Assembly (NCBI GenBank): GCA_949358305.1
Contig: OX442314.1
Coordinates: 26,288,001 to 26,352,000 of the forward strand
DNA: 64,000 nucleotides
Reading direction: 5' to 3'
Origin: Strigamia acuminata
Lineage: Eukaryota
Shown here: piece by piece, positions 46,160 through 61,400 of the stretch
How positions within the stretch are numbered: position 1 is the first letter of the stretch
Layout of the letters: the number at the start of each line of letters is the position of its first letter
The notes under the pieces: model-generated
The model's database searches: none
Seen by the model: only the letters and a program-made list of their open reading frames with translations
What the model was told of the DNA's origin: nothing
Position numbers and translations under genes: made by a program

Positions 46160-49100
46160 CAAATGTACCGTATTGCCTCGAATAAACGCCGGGACGTTTA
46201 TTAAACTTCTCGTGTGTGTTTAATTTTGATCCGCATTTAACTGTTTTTTTTTTCACCGAAAGTTACTTCATTTTTTATTAACATGGAAAAAAAATGAACC
46301 TTTACAAAATACTAATAATAACGTTATAATAAGCAGTTACAATTGAAATTAAAACAACATTTTTTTTTTAATTAGAAACCAAAGCAGAATCATCCCTAAA
46401 TTCTGACACGGCGTTGTCAAACAAACAGTTGGCGCCAAAACGAGAAATTAGGCAACAAAACATTTTGAATGCTACAAAAACACATTAAATAACCATAAAA
46501 CAAATAAAAATAAATACAACAGCTAAACCAAATTGTAATAAACAAGACAGCAAAGTGCGGGAGTGAGTGACAACGCCAAAAAAACGCCCGAAAACGCCCC
46601 AAGAACGCACCAAAACGCCCCAAGAACGCACCAAAACGCCAGATAACCGTGCAACTTGAGGCAAAAAACATGCAAACATAATTTTTTGCTTTGAGTGGCA
46701 CGATTTTCAGGCTTTTTGGAGCATTTTGAAGCGTTTTGGGGCGTTTTAGAACGTTTTTGCTTATTTTTTAGCATTCTCATGCGAGCTCGCGCGTGCAGGC
46801 GAGAAAAAAACAAACTTATTTCTTCAAGAGTTAAAAAAAAAATAACCCTAACCAGGAAATTACTGTAAAAACAACGGCTTGCCTCGAATAAACGCCGGGG
46901 CGTTTACTAATTTTCAAGACTGGAAGTGAGGCGAGATGTTGTTTGCTTTATTTGTTGAAACAAATTAGGCGTCACTAATTCACCTGTATTAGGGTTTCGG
47001 TTCTGAGAAACCGGACGAGGAGTCACAATAACGGGACACGGGAAATTTCAAAACTTACCGGTTTCGTCAAAACGCCATTGAAACGTTACATTTTTATAGC
47101 GTGTCAATGATAAAAATGGTCATTTTGGATGAAAAACGGCCATTTTGGATGAAAAATGGCCACTTTTACTATAAAAAATGGCTGAAAATGGCCATTTTTA
47201 CTATGACAAATGGCTGAAAATGGCCATTTTAATAAAAAAAGGCCATTTTTACTTCGAAAATTGGCTAAAAATGGCCACTTGAGTGAGTGACAATGCCAAA
47301 AAACGCGTGCAAACGCCTGCGAACGCCCCAAAACGCCCCAAAACGCCAGATGACAATGCAACTTGAGGCATAAAACTTGAAAACACAATTTTAAACGTCA
47401 CAAAAGTTGAAACAAAGATGAAAAATTAATTTTTTGCCTCAAGTTGCGCGATTTTCAGGCCTTTTGGAGTGTTTTTGAGCATTTTTTGGCGTTCTCAGCG
47501 GCGTGTTTGCCTCAAATAAACGCCGGTTTAAACAAAAAATGACGTCATTTTTGGTTTAAAATTGAAGTAAAACACAAAATATTTTAGTTTTTAAATGCAA
47601 CTGGTCTAAATTTTGTCAAATGTTGTCATACTTCTTGAAAGTCATCATTTATTGATAAAAAATTTGAAAATTTACCTAATTGTAGCATGTATTTGTGGTT
47701 AGTTTTGATTTGAATTCAAACTGTAATTTTTTGCTTCGAGTTGCGCGATTTTCAGGCGTTTTGGGGCGTTTTTGAGCTTTTTTTGGCGTCCTCGGGCGAG
47801 CTCGCGCGTGCACGTCACAAGTAACCCTAATCAGGAAAGAACCTACAAAAACTATGGCTTGCCTCGCATAAACGCCGGGGCGTTTATTCATTTTCAAAAA
47901 GACAAATGAAATGGATAAATAAAGAAATTAGCGGGGAAATCCAACATGGCGCCCACTTCAAATCCGCTAGAGCGGCAAAACACGACATTTGAATTTCAAC
48001 ACAAGAATAAAATCAAGAATACACACTGTATTGAATAAAATAACATTAGGAAATGTAATTTCCTACAACAAAAGCACTATTTATTAAAAGAACACTTGAA
48101 AATAATCGTTTGCCGAACGGAATGAACTCGGTCAGCAGCGCACAAGTGCGTACCGACAACGAACGCTCGAAACGACAAAACGACCGTTCCGGGACAAAAA
48201 TAAAGCAAACCAATCGACAGATCACCCCCAAATTAGTCTAAATCAATTCTAAAACCTATCCATAACACAAGAATAAGGTCCAAACAAAAGGTTAGAAGTT
48301 TGAACACAACCGAACTAGATTAAGAAATATGACGTCACGCGTCTTACGCAAGTGATCTGTAAATCGACGAATGCACTAAAAATCATCCAAAATCACACAA
48401 AATGAGCAAGAATTAAAGAAATAAGACACAGAGAAGTAATAAAACTTTAAATAGCAATGAATAAAGATAATATCAATATCATAGACACTAAAATTCATGA
48501 AAACACTGTAACTTTTAATAAATCACAAAAAATGAAAGTTTAATATGTAAAAATATCTAAAAAGCTGAAATTCAAGAAAAGCAAAAATTAAAGACACTTT
48601 GTTAACTTTAATTAAGACAATAAATGACATAAAATCCGGACACAACAATTATTCCATTTTGGATGAAAAACGGCCCTTTTGGATGAAAAACGGCCATTTT
48701 GGATGAAAAACGGCTAAAAATAACCATTTTTCTATGAAAAATGGCTAAAAATGGCTAAAAATGGCCATTTGATTGAATGACAACGCCAAAAAACGCCCAA
48801 GAACGCCCGCAAATGCCTAAAAATGCCTAAAAACGCCCCAAAACGCAAAATGACAATGCAACTTGAGGCAAAAAACATGAGAACACAATTGTAAACGTTA
48901 CAAAAGTTGAAACAAAAATAAACAATTAATGTTTTGCCTCGAGTTGCACGATTTTCAGGCGTTTTGGAGTATTTTTTGGCGTTCTCAGGCGTACTCGCGC
49001 GTACACGTCACTGCCGAGTAAAAAAAACATACTTATTTCTTCAAGAGTTAAAAAGGAAGTAACCCTAATCAGGAAAAAAAATGCAAAAACAATGGCTTGC

Positions 49101-50375
49101 CTCGAACAAACGCCAGAAGTGAGGCGAGATGTTGTTTGCTTTATTTATTAAATCAAATTAGGCGTTGCTAATTCACCTGTATCTCTTAGTTCGACGTAAG
49201 AACACGCGCTTTTTTTAAAATGAAAGCCCAAGTTGGGTTTCATAAACGTACCGTATTGCCTTGAATAAAAGCCGGGGTGTTTATTAATTTTTAAGACCAG
49301 AAACGAGGCGAGATCACGACTCAAGATTAAGCGAGAAGAAATAAACGTGTTTCTTCTAAAGGAAGTAACCCTAATCAGGAAAAACTTACATAAACAATGG
49401 TTTGCCTTGAATAAACGCCGGGGCGTTTATAAATTTTCAAGACGGGAGGCAAGGTGAGATGATGATGCGGTGCGACGCGAATAAAAGCCCAAGTTGGGTA
49501 TTGCCTCGAATAAACGCCGGGGCGTTTATTAATTTTCAAAACCGGAAATGAGGCGAGATCAAAACGCCATTGAAACGTTACATTTTAATAACGTTTCAAC
49601 GATAAAAACGGCCATTTTTGATTAAAAAAACGACTAAAAATGGCCATTTTACTATAAAAACGGTGAAAAAAAAACATTTTTACTCTGAAAAATGGCTAAA
49701 AATGGCCATTTTGACGAAAAACGGCCATTTTTACTACGGAAAATGCTAAAAATGGCCACTTGAGTGAGTGACAACGCCAAAAAACGCCTGCGAACGCCTG
49801 CGAACACATAAAAACACTCCAAAACGCCAGATGACAATGCAACTTGAGGCAAAAAACATGAGAACACAATTTTAAACGTCACAAAAGTTGAAATAAAGAT
49901 GAAAAATTAATGTTTTGCCTCGAGTTGCGCGATTTTCAGGCGTTTTTGAGCGTTTTTTAGCATTTTTTGGCGTTCTCAGGCGTGCTCGTGTGTACACGTC
50001 ACTGCCGAAGAAAAAAACAAACTTATTTCTTTTAGTTAAAATGTATTTCAAGCTTTAACAGGGGTTTAAACAGGAAATGACATCATTTTTAGTTTAAAAT
50101 TGAAGTAAAACACAAAATATTTTAGTTTTTGAATGCAACTGATCCACGTTATGTCAAATGTTTCCATTACTTCTTGAAAGCCAAAAAATTTGAAAATTTA
50201 GCTAATTTCAGCATGTATTTGTAGCTAGTTTTGATTTGAATACACACTGTAATGTTTTGCCTCGAGTTGCGCGATTTTCAGGCGTTTTGGGACGTTTTGG
50301 AGCAAAAAAAACAAACTTAATTCTTCAAGAGTTAAAAAGGAAGTAATCCTAATCAGGAAAAGCCCACAAAAAACA
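46160..50375. repeat. Degenerate AT-rich complex repeat
   Basis: Recurring GCCTCGAATAAACGCCGGGGCGTTTATT, AAAATGGCCATTTT, AAAACGCCC and GTAACCCTAATCAGGAAA motifs. TA-CCGTATT ends at ~46166 and ~49249 resemble Tc1/pogo-type termini. Confidence 0.6.
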
Positions 50376-51000
50376 ATGCAAGATCACGCGGTACGACGCA
50401 CGGACTCCCAGCGCACGGAATGCACGGACTTTCTGTGGACTTCCCGTGCACGGAAGACCGGCGCGGACATTTCCATTGGAGACCAGCGCAGAATTACCTA
50501 CAGGCAATTCCGAATCAAAGGCTTCTTTATGGTTTATACATTACTTTGCAGTAGGTATGCCTGGCCTTGATTTGAAAGTGCAGTAAATTCTGCTGAATGC
50601 AGTGTTTTAAACTCGCAGCAATTGCGATGGTGCCAACTATTGGAAAATAAATTTAAAATGTAAAACCAAAGAATTTGTAAAAAAAATTTGTTTTAATCAA
50701 TTGCAATAATGATATTCTACTTAATTGTTGGATTATGAAACGTGAAACCAATCCCATGATTAGGAAATATAAATTTTATTAAATTCATCGTGTATCTCAC
50801 ATCTCACATTCACTGCCATTTACTTAGTGTCATCCAAAAATCAGGTTTTATCAAATCCTGAGGTTATTCTAGTACGTCTTAACTGCCCGGCAGGTCGCGC
50901 AACCTGTGGAGCAACAATTGATGTAAATAGTGCAAGCAGCACGCACGGGAAAGTGCGCACTGATGGGTCCATGCCAGTGCAAGTACATTGGGTAATGTAT

Positions 51001-51272
51001 CCTTTTCGCGGATTGGCTTCCGCGAAATCCGCATTTTGGGGGTGACTATTCTGGGAATTCCGGGTGGACCATACTCTTCCGAAAAATGTCCGGGGTGGTG
51101 TTGGGAGTGTCGATAGACTGTTTTGTGTCAAGGTTGCCAATTTTCATGTAAGTATTGGAAGGTTCATTTCTGTGCATTCTCATATATTTTTTTCACAGGA
51201 GCAACGAGGCGCGATGAAGGGGGATCAAGCGAGAGTGAATAAAATAAACTCGTTTTTGTCTCAAATGCGCGT
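51001..51272 (+). repeat. ~270-bp dispersed repeat, second copy
   Basis: Direct diverged copy of 38300-38573. Confidence 0.85.
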
Positions 51273-52460
51273 TTGCGTTTGTAAATTTGGTTGTCTTGCA
51301 ACGCGGTGGCGCGTTTGAGTTTCGTGTTGCGATACAAACACGCACGGGTGCGTATTGGAGTCGTAAACGACTTTCTGTCGCAATGCGATCGCGTATTTGA
51401 CAAATTTCTGCAGATTTTTGCCAATATTTGACAATTTTCAGACAAATTTCAATTAATTTTAGAAATTTTTGAGAGATTTCAATAAAAGTTTGAGGAATTT
51501 CTTATGCTGACGCTAAAATGCCAAAAGGAGTCTTAACTCAGAAGAGCACTTTTCCGACCACTTAGGTGTCGGAAAAGCACTTCCAAAGGTCGCAAAATGT
51601 GCTCTACGCGTTTTTTGACACTAGAACGGTCGAAAACGAGTCTAAAACTGCTAAGCTGGCGCCTGTAACTTGGCGCATTCGCTGGGTCGCTCAAAAATGA
51701 GATTCGAGCGAACCGAAACCTATGAGAGAAACGCGCCGGCGGAAATATTCGTTTTTACCAATGAATACTTAATAAATCTTCATGGGAATTTAATCCCAAT
51801 CTACTGTAGGCTTAGGAACCTTGAATACCAAATAAAAACAAAGGAGCAAAGGCGGGAAACAAAGAACAAGGGCCCGACGCCCGTAAATCACCAAAATGGC
51901 TATCTGCCAGACACGCTAGTGGCCTTGAGCCACTTCTAACTTCGTTTTCGAGGTTGTGGGTCTCGAAAACGACTAAACCGAGTGGTGGGAACGATTCCCG
52001 AGGTCTTTTTAGTCAATGTCGCCCAAAACCCGAATCAACAAGCTAACTTTCAACGAGAAACGAAGACTGGAGCCGAATGCGGTGATAAGCGCTCATTCCA
52101 GACTCGTGTAAGCGATCTCCGCTTAAAGCCAGTTGCTCTGAGCAGACGACGCAATCGCTTACCAAGGAAAAAGACGGGTTTATGGGCTCAAAACCCGACG
52201 AAACACTTAAACAGGATCCAGAAATTACCAAGCGAGTTGGTAAGCTAAACTAAAACTGTAAAATAAGTTGGGGACTTGGTAAAATGCGAGTCTCTCAAAC
52301 TTTTGTTGCGTCCTGCTCGCAACACGCGCGATGTACGCGCGTGGCCGCGTGTTGAACGTGCGCACTACGCGCAAGAACCGTACAAACCGAGGTAAAACGA
52401 ATTAAACACATATCTAATGCAAAAACAATTATTAAATACATCATTCTTGTTGCTGTTTGC

Positions 52461-55400
52461 AAACTTGCAAAACTTGCACCGAATTTGGGCAATTTTTTAC
52501 AAATTTCAGCAGATTTTTGTCTATATTTGACAAATTTCAGCAGATTTTTGTCTATATTTGACAAATTTCAGCAGATTTCCTCAATCCTCAAACATTTGCT
52601 GATATTTCTCAAACATTTTCTAAAATTAATTGAAATCTGTCTGAAATTTGTCTTGAATGTGTCAAATATTGTCAAAAATCCGTGGAAATTTGTCAAATAC
52701 TGGCAAAAATCCATGTAAATTTGTCAAAAATTGCCATAATTCGGTGCAAATTGTGTTAGATATTGGAAAAATTTATTTTAACGCTTCCAACGCGCCAGTA
52801 AATCGCGCGTGCACACGCGTGGATTTTTCGTCATAGTTGGATGCGCGCAAACCTCACGTAACTTGCGCCAAAATTTGGCAATTTTTGACAAATTTCAGCA
52901 GATTTTTGCCAGTATTTGACAAATTTCCACTGATTTTTGACAATATTTGACCCAACAACTGCGCCACGTTCCAGGCGCCGGTTTAGGCATTTTAGACCCG
53001 TTTTAGACCGTTTTAGATGGCGAAAACGTTCTCTCCATCATTTTCTACCCCTGGGTGAGGTTTTCAGCGTTCATGATTGATGAAAAAGCTGTTTTCTAAC
53101 TAGCTGTCCCATTGCTAGTTTTGGCGTCAGGTTTTAGCAACCTTCCGATCCGACTCTGTCGTCTGCACGACCTCCAAGACCGTTTTAGGGTTAATTTGAG
53201 TCAAATAATTCATTCTGGGGGTTGTTTTGGGTTTTTTACAAGTGTGTTTTTGTAGTTTTTATTGGTTTCAAACATTGTCAATTCTTTATACAAGTGTAAC
53301 TTTCATTTCTCTGTATTTTGAGAACTTTGCATTGCAGCAAAGTTCATTTCTTGCCCCTTAATTATTGTGTAATTGTTGGTTTTCAAGCCCGTTTTTTAAC
53401 AATAACTTTATTTGAAGTGCCTATTGTTTCAGGCACGTGCTTCCACGTGCCTTTTATTGTTGAGCAATTTCTTGGGCAGTTGCGCTCCTGTTGCTAGCAT
53501 TGCCGCGCGTTCTCCGCGCGCGTACTCGCGTTTCGCATCACACACATTCGGATTCGATGGCCTATCGCGGCGGCACATTGTGTGGCATAGCGCGGCAGGT
53601 TGCAATTGCTAATGCTACGGTCGACGGCGATTCGCATGCGCTATCCGCTGCATCAAACCCCAAATACCGATCAAAAATCGCAGAAAACACTAATCCCGAC
53701 CCAAAAACCGCCAAAATTACCCTCAACACACGCCAACAACCTTCCACCACTTAAATTACACCGGAAAAAAACAATTTCAAACCGAAAAATCAACAAAAAA
53801 GGCCAAAAAAATATTGCAAACAAAGAGAAAAGATCAATTATCGAGGCAAATCCCCACCACAAAACAACGCATCGCCGGTATACACTTAAGCGTACAGTGC
53901 ACAACACTACTGTTTATTTTCAATGATCCAATAAATAAAATTTGAAACAAAGTTGAGTGGAATTGTACGTTTCTTGTATATTAAAGTTTTTATTTTGTTT
54001 GTTTACACTTAATTTTTTTTTTCCATCATAGAATGGCGACTCGATACTTTTGTAGCTCGAATTCACTTCGTAAACGTGGTCGGTGTTCATCACGCGTCAA
54101 TGCGCTCGTGCAATAGTATAGGCGCGCATACGATTTGATGCGCGCAAAACTTGCAAAACTTGCACGGAATTTGGGCAATTTTTGACAAATTTCAGCAGAT
54201 TTTTGCCTGTATTTGACAAATTTCAGAAGATTTTTGCCTATATTTGACAAATTTCAGAAGATTTCCTCAATCCTCAAACATTTGCTGAAATTTCTCATAA
54301 AATTTCTAAAATTAATTGAAATTTGTCTGAAATTTGTCTGGAATTTGTCAAATATTGTCAAAAATCCGTGGAAATTTGTCAAATACTGGCAAAAATCCAT
54401 GTAAATTTGTCAAAAATTGCCATAATTCGGTGCAAATTGTGTTAGATATTGGAAAAATTTATTTTAACGCTTCCAACGCGCCAGTAAATCGCGCGTGCAC
54501 ACGCATGGATTTTTTGTCATAGTTGGATGCGCGCAAACCTCACGTAACTTGCGCCAAAATTTGGCAATTTTTGACAAATTTCAGCAGATTTTTGCCAGTA
54601 TTTGACAAATTTCCACTGATTTTTGACAATATTTGACCCAACAACTGCGCCACGTTCCAGGCGCCGGTTTAGGCATTTTAGACCCGTTTTAGACCGTTTT
54701 AGATGGCGAAAACGTTCTCTCCATCATTTTCTACCCCTGGGTGAGGTTTTCAGCGTTCATAATTGATGAAAAAGCTGTTTTCTAACTAGCTGTCCCATTG
54801 CTAGTTTTGGCGTCAGGTTTTAGCAACCTTCCGATCCGACTCTGTCGTCTGCACGACCTCCAAGACTGTTTTAGGGTTAATTTGAGTCAAATAATTCATT
54901 CTGGGTGTTGTTTTGGGTTTTTTACAAGTGTGTTTTTGTAGTTTTTATTGGTTTCAAACATTGTCAATTCTTTATACAAGTGTAACTTTCATTTCTCTGT
55001 ATTTTGAGAACTTTGCATTGCAGCAAAGTTCATTTCTTGCCCCTTAATTATTGTGTAATTGTTGGTTTTCAAGCCCGTTTTTTAACAATAACTTTATTTG
55101 AAGTGCCTATTGTTTCAGGCACGTGCTTCCACGTGCCTTTTATTGTTGAGCAATTTCTTGGGCAGTTGCGCTCCTGTTGCTAGCATTGCCGCGCGTTCTC
55201 CGCGCGCGTACTCGCGCGTTTCGCATCACACACATTCGGGTTCAATGGCCTATCGCGGCGGCACATTGTGTGGCATAGCGCGGCACGTTGCAATTACGTG
55301 ACGTGGCACGTTGCTGTTACGTGACGCGATAGCCAGTATTTAAGCAGGGGATTCCATCATCGTTTACACAAATGCGCATTGCAACGTGGAGGCGCATTCG

Positions 55401-58400
55401 AGTCCTTTTCCCAAGCGTTGAAAAAGGACAAAACTCGTATTCGATTCGAAAGCGAATCGAATACGATTTTTGTCCTTTTTCAACGCAAAATTGTATTCGA
55501 TTCGCTTTCGAATCGAATACGAGTTTTGCCCTTCTTCAACGCGAAATCGTATTCGACTCGCTTTCGAGTCGAATGCGAATTTTTCCCTTCTTCAACGCGA
55601 AATCGTATTCGACTCGTTTTCGAGTCGAGTACGAGTTTTGCCCTTCTTCAACGCGAAATCGTATTCGACTCGTTTTCGAGTCGAATACGAGTTTTGCCCT
55701 TCTTCAACGCGAAATCGTATTCGACTCGTTTTCGAGTCGAGTACGAGTTTTGCCCTTCTTCAACGCGAAATCGTATTCGACTCGTTTTCGAGTCGAGTAC
55801 GAGTTTTGCCCTTCTTCAACGCGAAATCGTATTCGACTCGTTTTCGAGTCGAATACGAGTTTTGCCCTTCTTCAACGCGAAATCGTATTCGACTCGTTTT
55901 CGAGTCGAGTACGAGTTTTGCCCTTCTTCAACGCGAAATCGTATTCGACTCGTTTTCGAGTCGAATACGAGTTTTGCCCTTCTTCAACGCGAAATCGTAT
56001 TCGACTCGTTTTCGAGTCGAGTACGAGTTTTGCCCTTCTTCAACGCGAAATCGTATTCGACTCGTTTTCGAGTCGAATACGAGATAGTCGATGACCCGTT
56101 CCCGGACTTTGACTCGTACGACTCGTATTCGAGATGTATTCGAGATGTATTCGAGATGTATTCGAATCGTATTCGAGTCGCATTCGAGATGGTCGATGAT
56201 TTCCACTCGCTCGTATACGCGTTGTATACGAGCTCGTATTTTGATCGTAATCGTAAACGAATCGTTTACAAGTCGTATACAAGTTGTATACGACGTGTAT
56301 ACACCTCGTATACGAACGAAGTTTGTGAAAACACAATTTCCAAATAAGACGTATGTGACTACTATGTGTTTTCATGTCGTAGTAAGTATCCGGTGGATTT
56401 TCCAAACTTCGTTCGTATACGAGGTGTATACACGTCGTATACAACTTGTATACGACTTGTAAACGATTCGTTTACGATTACGATCAAAATACGAGCTCGT
56501 ATACAACGCGTATACGAGCGAGTGGAAATCATCGACCATCTCGAATGCGACTCGAATACGATTCGAATACATCTCGAATACATCTCGAATACGAGTCGTA
56601 TACGAGATGGTCGATTTTTGTTTCCCGGACTTTGATTCGTATTCGAGTTGTTACGAGTTCGTATTTTGATCGTATTCGTATTCGAATCGAATTCGAATCG
56701 TATTCGAATCGAATACGAATCGAATTCGAGTCGTATTCGAGATGGTCGATGATTTCCACTCGCTCGTATACGCGTTGTATACGAGCTCGTATTTTGATCG
56801 TAATCGTAAACGAATCGTTTACAAGTCGTATACAAGTTGTATACGACGTGTATACACCTCGTATACGAACGAAGTTTGTGAAAACACAATTTCCAAATAA
56901 GACGTATGTGACTACTATGTGTTTTCATGTCGTAGTAAGTATCCGGTGGATTTTCCAAACTTCGTTCGTATACGAGGTGTATACACGTCGTATACAACTT
57001 GTATACGACTTGTAAACGATTCGTTTACGATTACGATCAAAATACGAGCTCGTATACAACGCGTATACGAGCGAGTGGAAATCATCGACCATCTCGAATG
57101 CGACTCGAATACGATTCGAATACATCCCGAATACATCTCGAATACGAGTCGTATACGAGATGGTCGATTTTTGTTTCCCGGACTTTGATTCGTATTCGAG
57201 TTGTTACGAGTTCGTATTTTGATCGTATTCGTATTCGAATCGAATTCGAATCGAATACGAATCGAATTCGAGTCGTATTCGAGATGGTCGATGATTTCCA
57301 CTCGCTCGTATACGCGTTGTATACGAGCTCGTATTTTGATCGTAATCGTAAACGAATCGTTTACAAGTCGTATACAAGTTGTATACGACGTGTATACACC
57401 TCGTATACGAACGAAGTTTGTGAAAACACAATTTCCAAATAAGACGTATGTGACTACTATGTGTTTTCATGTCGTAGTAAGTATCCGGTGGATTTTCCAA
57501 ACTTCGTTCGTATACGAGGTGTATACACGTCGTATACAACTTGTATACGACTTGTAAACGATTCGTTTACGATTACGATCAAAATACGAGCTCGTATACA
57601 ACGCGTATACGAGCGAGTGGAAATCATCGACCATCTCGAATGCGACTCGAATACGATTCGAATACATCTCGAATACATCTCGAATACATCTCGAATACGA
57701 GTCGTACGAGTCAAAGTCCGGGAACGGGTCATCGACTATCTCGTATTCGACTCGAAAACGAGTCGAATACGATTTCGCGTTGAAGAAGGGCAAAACTCGT
57801 ACTCGACTCGAAAACGAGTCGAATACGATTTCGCGTTGAAGAAGGGCAAAACTCGTATTCGACTCGAAAACGAGTCGAATACGATTTCGCGTTGAAGAAG
57901 GGCAAAACTCGTACTCGACTCGAAAACGAGTCGAATACGATTTCGCGTTGAAGAAGGGCAAAACTCGTATTCGACTCGAAAACGAGTCGAATACGATTTC
58001 GCGTTGAAGAAGGGCAAAACTCGTACTCGACTCGAAAACGAGTCGAATACGATTTCGCGTTGAAGAAGGGCAAAACTCGTACTCGACTCGAAAACGAGTC
58101 GAATACGATTTCGCGTTGAAGAAGGGCAAAACTCGTATTCGACTCGAAAACGAGTCGAATACGATTTCGCGTTGAAGAAGGGCAAAACTCGTACTCGACT
58201 CGAAAACGAGTCGAATACGATTTCGCGTTGAAGAAGGGCAAAACTCGTACTCGACTCGAAAACGAGTCGAATACGATTTCGCGTTGAAGAAGGGCAAAAC
58301 TCGTATTCGACTCGAAAACGAGTCGAATACGATTTCGCGTTGAAGAAGGGCAAAACTCGTACTCGACTCGAAAACGAGTCGAATACGATTTCGCGTTGAA

Positions 58401-61400
58401 GAAGGGCAAAACTCGTACTCGACTCGAAAACGAGTCGAATACGATTTCGCGTTGAAGAAGGGCAAAACTCGTATTCGACTCGAAAACGAGTCGAATACGA
58501 TTTCGCGTTGAAGAAGGGCAAAACTCGTACTCGACTCGAAAACGAGTCGAATACGATTTCGCGTTGAAGAAGGGAAAAATTCGCATTCGACTCGAAAGCG
58601 AGTCGAATACGATTTCGCGTTGAAGAAGGGCAAAACTCGTATTCGATTCGAAAGCGAATCGAATACAATTTTGCGTTGAAAAAGGACAAAAATCGTATTC
58701 GATTCGCTTTCGAATCGAATACGAGTTTTGTCCTTTTTCAACGCTTGGGAAAAGGACTCGAATGCGCCTCCACGTTGCAATGCGCATTTGTGTAAACGAT
58801 GATGGAATCCCCTGCTTAAATACTGGCTATCGCGTCACGTAACAGCAACGTGCCACGTCACGTAATTGCAACGTGCCGCGCTATGCCACACAATGTGCCG
58901 CCGCGATAGGCCATTGAACCCGAATGTGTGTGATGCGAAACGCGCGAGTACGCGCGCGGAGAACGCGCGGCAATGCTAGCAACAGGAGCGCAACTGCCCA
59001 AGAAATTGCTCAACAATAAAAGGCACGTGGAAGCACGTGCCTGAAACAATAGGCACTTCAAATAAAGTTATTGTTAAAAAACGGGCTTGAAAACCAACAA
59101 TTACACAATAATTAAGGGGCAAGAAATGAACTTTGCTGCAATGCAAAGTTCTCAAAATACAGAGAAATGAAAGTTACACTTGTATAAAGAATTGACAATG
59201 TTTGAAACCAATAAAAACTACAAAAACACACTTGTAAAAAACCCAAAACAACACCCAGAATGAATTATTTGACTCAAATTAACCCTAAAACAGTCTTGGA
59301 GGTCGTGCAGACGACAGAGTCGGATCGGAAGGTTGCTAAAACCTGACGCCAAAACTAGCAATGGGACAGCTAGTTAGAAAACAGCTTTTTCATCAATTAT
59401 GAACGCTGAAAACCTCACCCAGGGGTAGAAAATGATGGAGAGAACGTTTTCGCCATCTAAAACGGTCTAAAACGGGTCTAAAATGCCTAAACCGGCGCCT
59501 GGAACGTGGCGCAGTTGTTGGGTCAAATATTGTCAAAAATCAGTGGAAATTTGTCAAATACTGGCAAAAATCTGCTGAAATTTGTCAAAAATTGCCAAAT
59601 TTTGGCGCAAGTTACGTGAGGTTTGCGCGCATCCAACTATGACAAAAAATCCATGCGTGTGCACGCGCGATTTACTGGCGCGTTGGAAGCGTTAAAATAA
59701 ATTTTTCCAATATCTAACACAATTTGCACCGAATTATGGCAATTTTTGACAAATTTACATGGATTTTTGCCAGTATTTGACAAATTTCCACGGATTTTTG
59801 ACAATATTTGACAAATTCCAGACAAATTTCAGACAAATTTCAATTAATTTTAGAAATTTTATGAGAAATTTCAGCAAATGTTTGAGGATTGAGGAAATCT
59901 TCTGAAATTTGTCAAATATAGGCAAAAATCTTCTGAAATTTGTCAAATACAGGCAAAAATCTGCTGAAATTTGTCAAAAATTGCCCAAATTCCGTGCAAG
60001 TTTTGCAAGTTTTGCGCGCATCAAATCGTATGCGCGCCTATACTATTGCACGAGCGCATTGACGCGTGATGAACACCGACCACGTTTACGAAGTGAATTC
60101 GAGCTACAAAAGTATCGAGTCGCCATTCTATGATGGAAAAAAAAAATTAAGTGTAAACAAACAAAATAAAAACTTTAATATACAAGAAACGTACAATTCC
60201 ACTCAACTTTGTTTCAAATTTTATTTATTGGATCATTGAAAATAAACAGTAGTGTTGTGCACTGTACGCTTAAGTGTATACCGGCGATGCGTTGTTTTGT
60301 GGTGGGGATTTGCCTCGATAATTGATCTTTTCTCTTTGTTTGCAATATTTTTTTGGCCTTTTTTGTTGATTTTTCGGTTTGAAATTGTTTTTTTCCGGTG
60401 TAATTTAAGTGGTGGAAGGTTGTTGGCGTGTGTTGAGGGTAATTTTGGCGGTTTTTGGGTCGGGATTAGTGTTTTCTGCGATTTTTGATCGGTATTTGGG
60501 GTTTGATGCAGCGGATAGCGCATGCGAATCGCCGTCGACCGTAGCATTAGCAATTGCAACCTGCCGCGCTATGCCACACAATGTGCCGCCGCGATAGGCC
60601 ATCGAATCCGAATGTGTGTGATGCGAAACGCGAGTACGCGCGCGGAGAACGCGCGGCAATGCTAGCAACAGGAGCGCAACTGCCCAAGAAATTGCTCAAC
60701 AATAAAAGGCACGTGGAAGCACGTGCCTGAAACAATAGGCACTTCAAATAAAGTTATTGTTAAAAAACGGGCTTGAAAACCAACAATTACACAATAATTA
60801 AGGGGCAAGAAATGAACTTTGCTGCAATGCAAAGTTCTCAAAATACAGAGAAATGAAAGTTACACTTGTATAAAGAATTGACAATGTTTGAAACCAATAA
60901 AAACTACAAAAACACACTTGTAAAAAACCCAAAACAACACCCAGAATGAATTATTTGACTCAAATTAACCCTAAAACAGTCTTGGAGGTCGTGCAGACGA
61001 CAGAGTCGGATCGGAAGGTTGCTAAAACCTGACGCCAAAACTAGCAATGGGACAGCTAGTTAGAAAACAGCTTTTTCATCAATTATGAACGCTGAAAACC
61101 TCACCCAGGGGTAGAAAATGATGGAGAGAACGTTTTCGCCATCTAAAACGGTCTAAAACGGGTCTAAAATGCCTAAACCGGCGCCTGGAACGTGGCGCAG
61201 TTGTTGGGTCAAATATTGTCAAAAATCAGTGGAAATTTGTCAAATACTGGCAAAAATCTGCTGAAATTTGTCAAAAATTGCCAAATTTTGGCGCAAGTTA
61301 CGTGAGGTTTGCGCGCATCCAACTATGACAAAAAATCCATGCGTGTGCACGCGCGATTTACTGGCGCGTTGGAAGCGTTAAAATAAATTTTTCCAATATC

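Noticed and set aside
47990..48647. Possible solo LTR ending in CAACA
   Set aside because: No left TG boundary, TSD, PBS or PPT could be identified.
55372..58787. ORFs of 205-437 aa on both strands
   Set aside because: Same 56-bp repeat artefact, mirrored by the palindrome.
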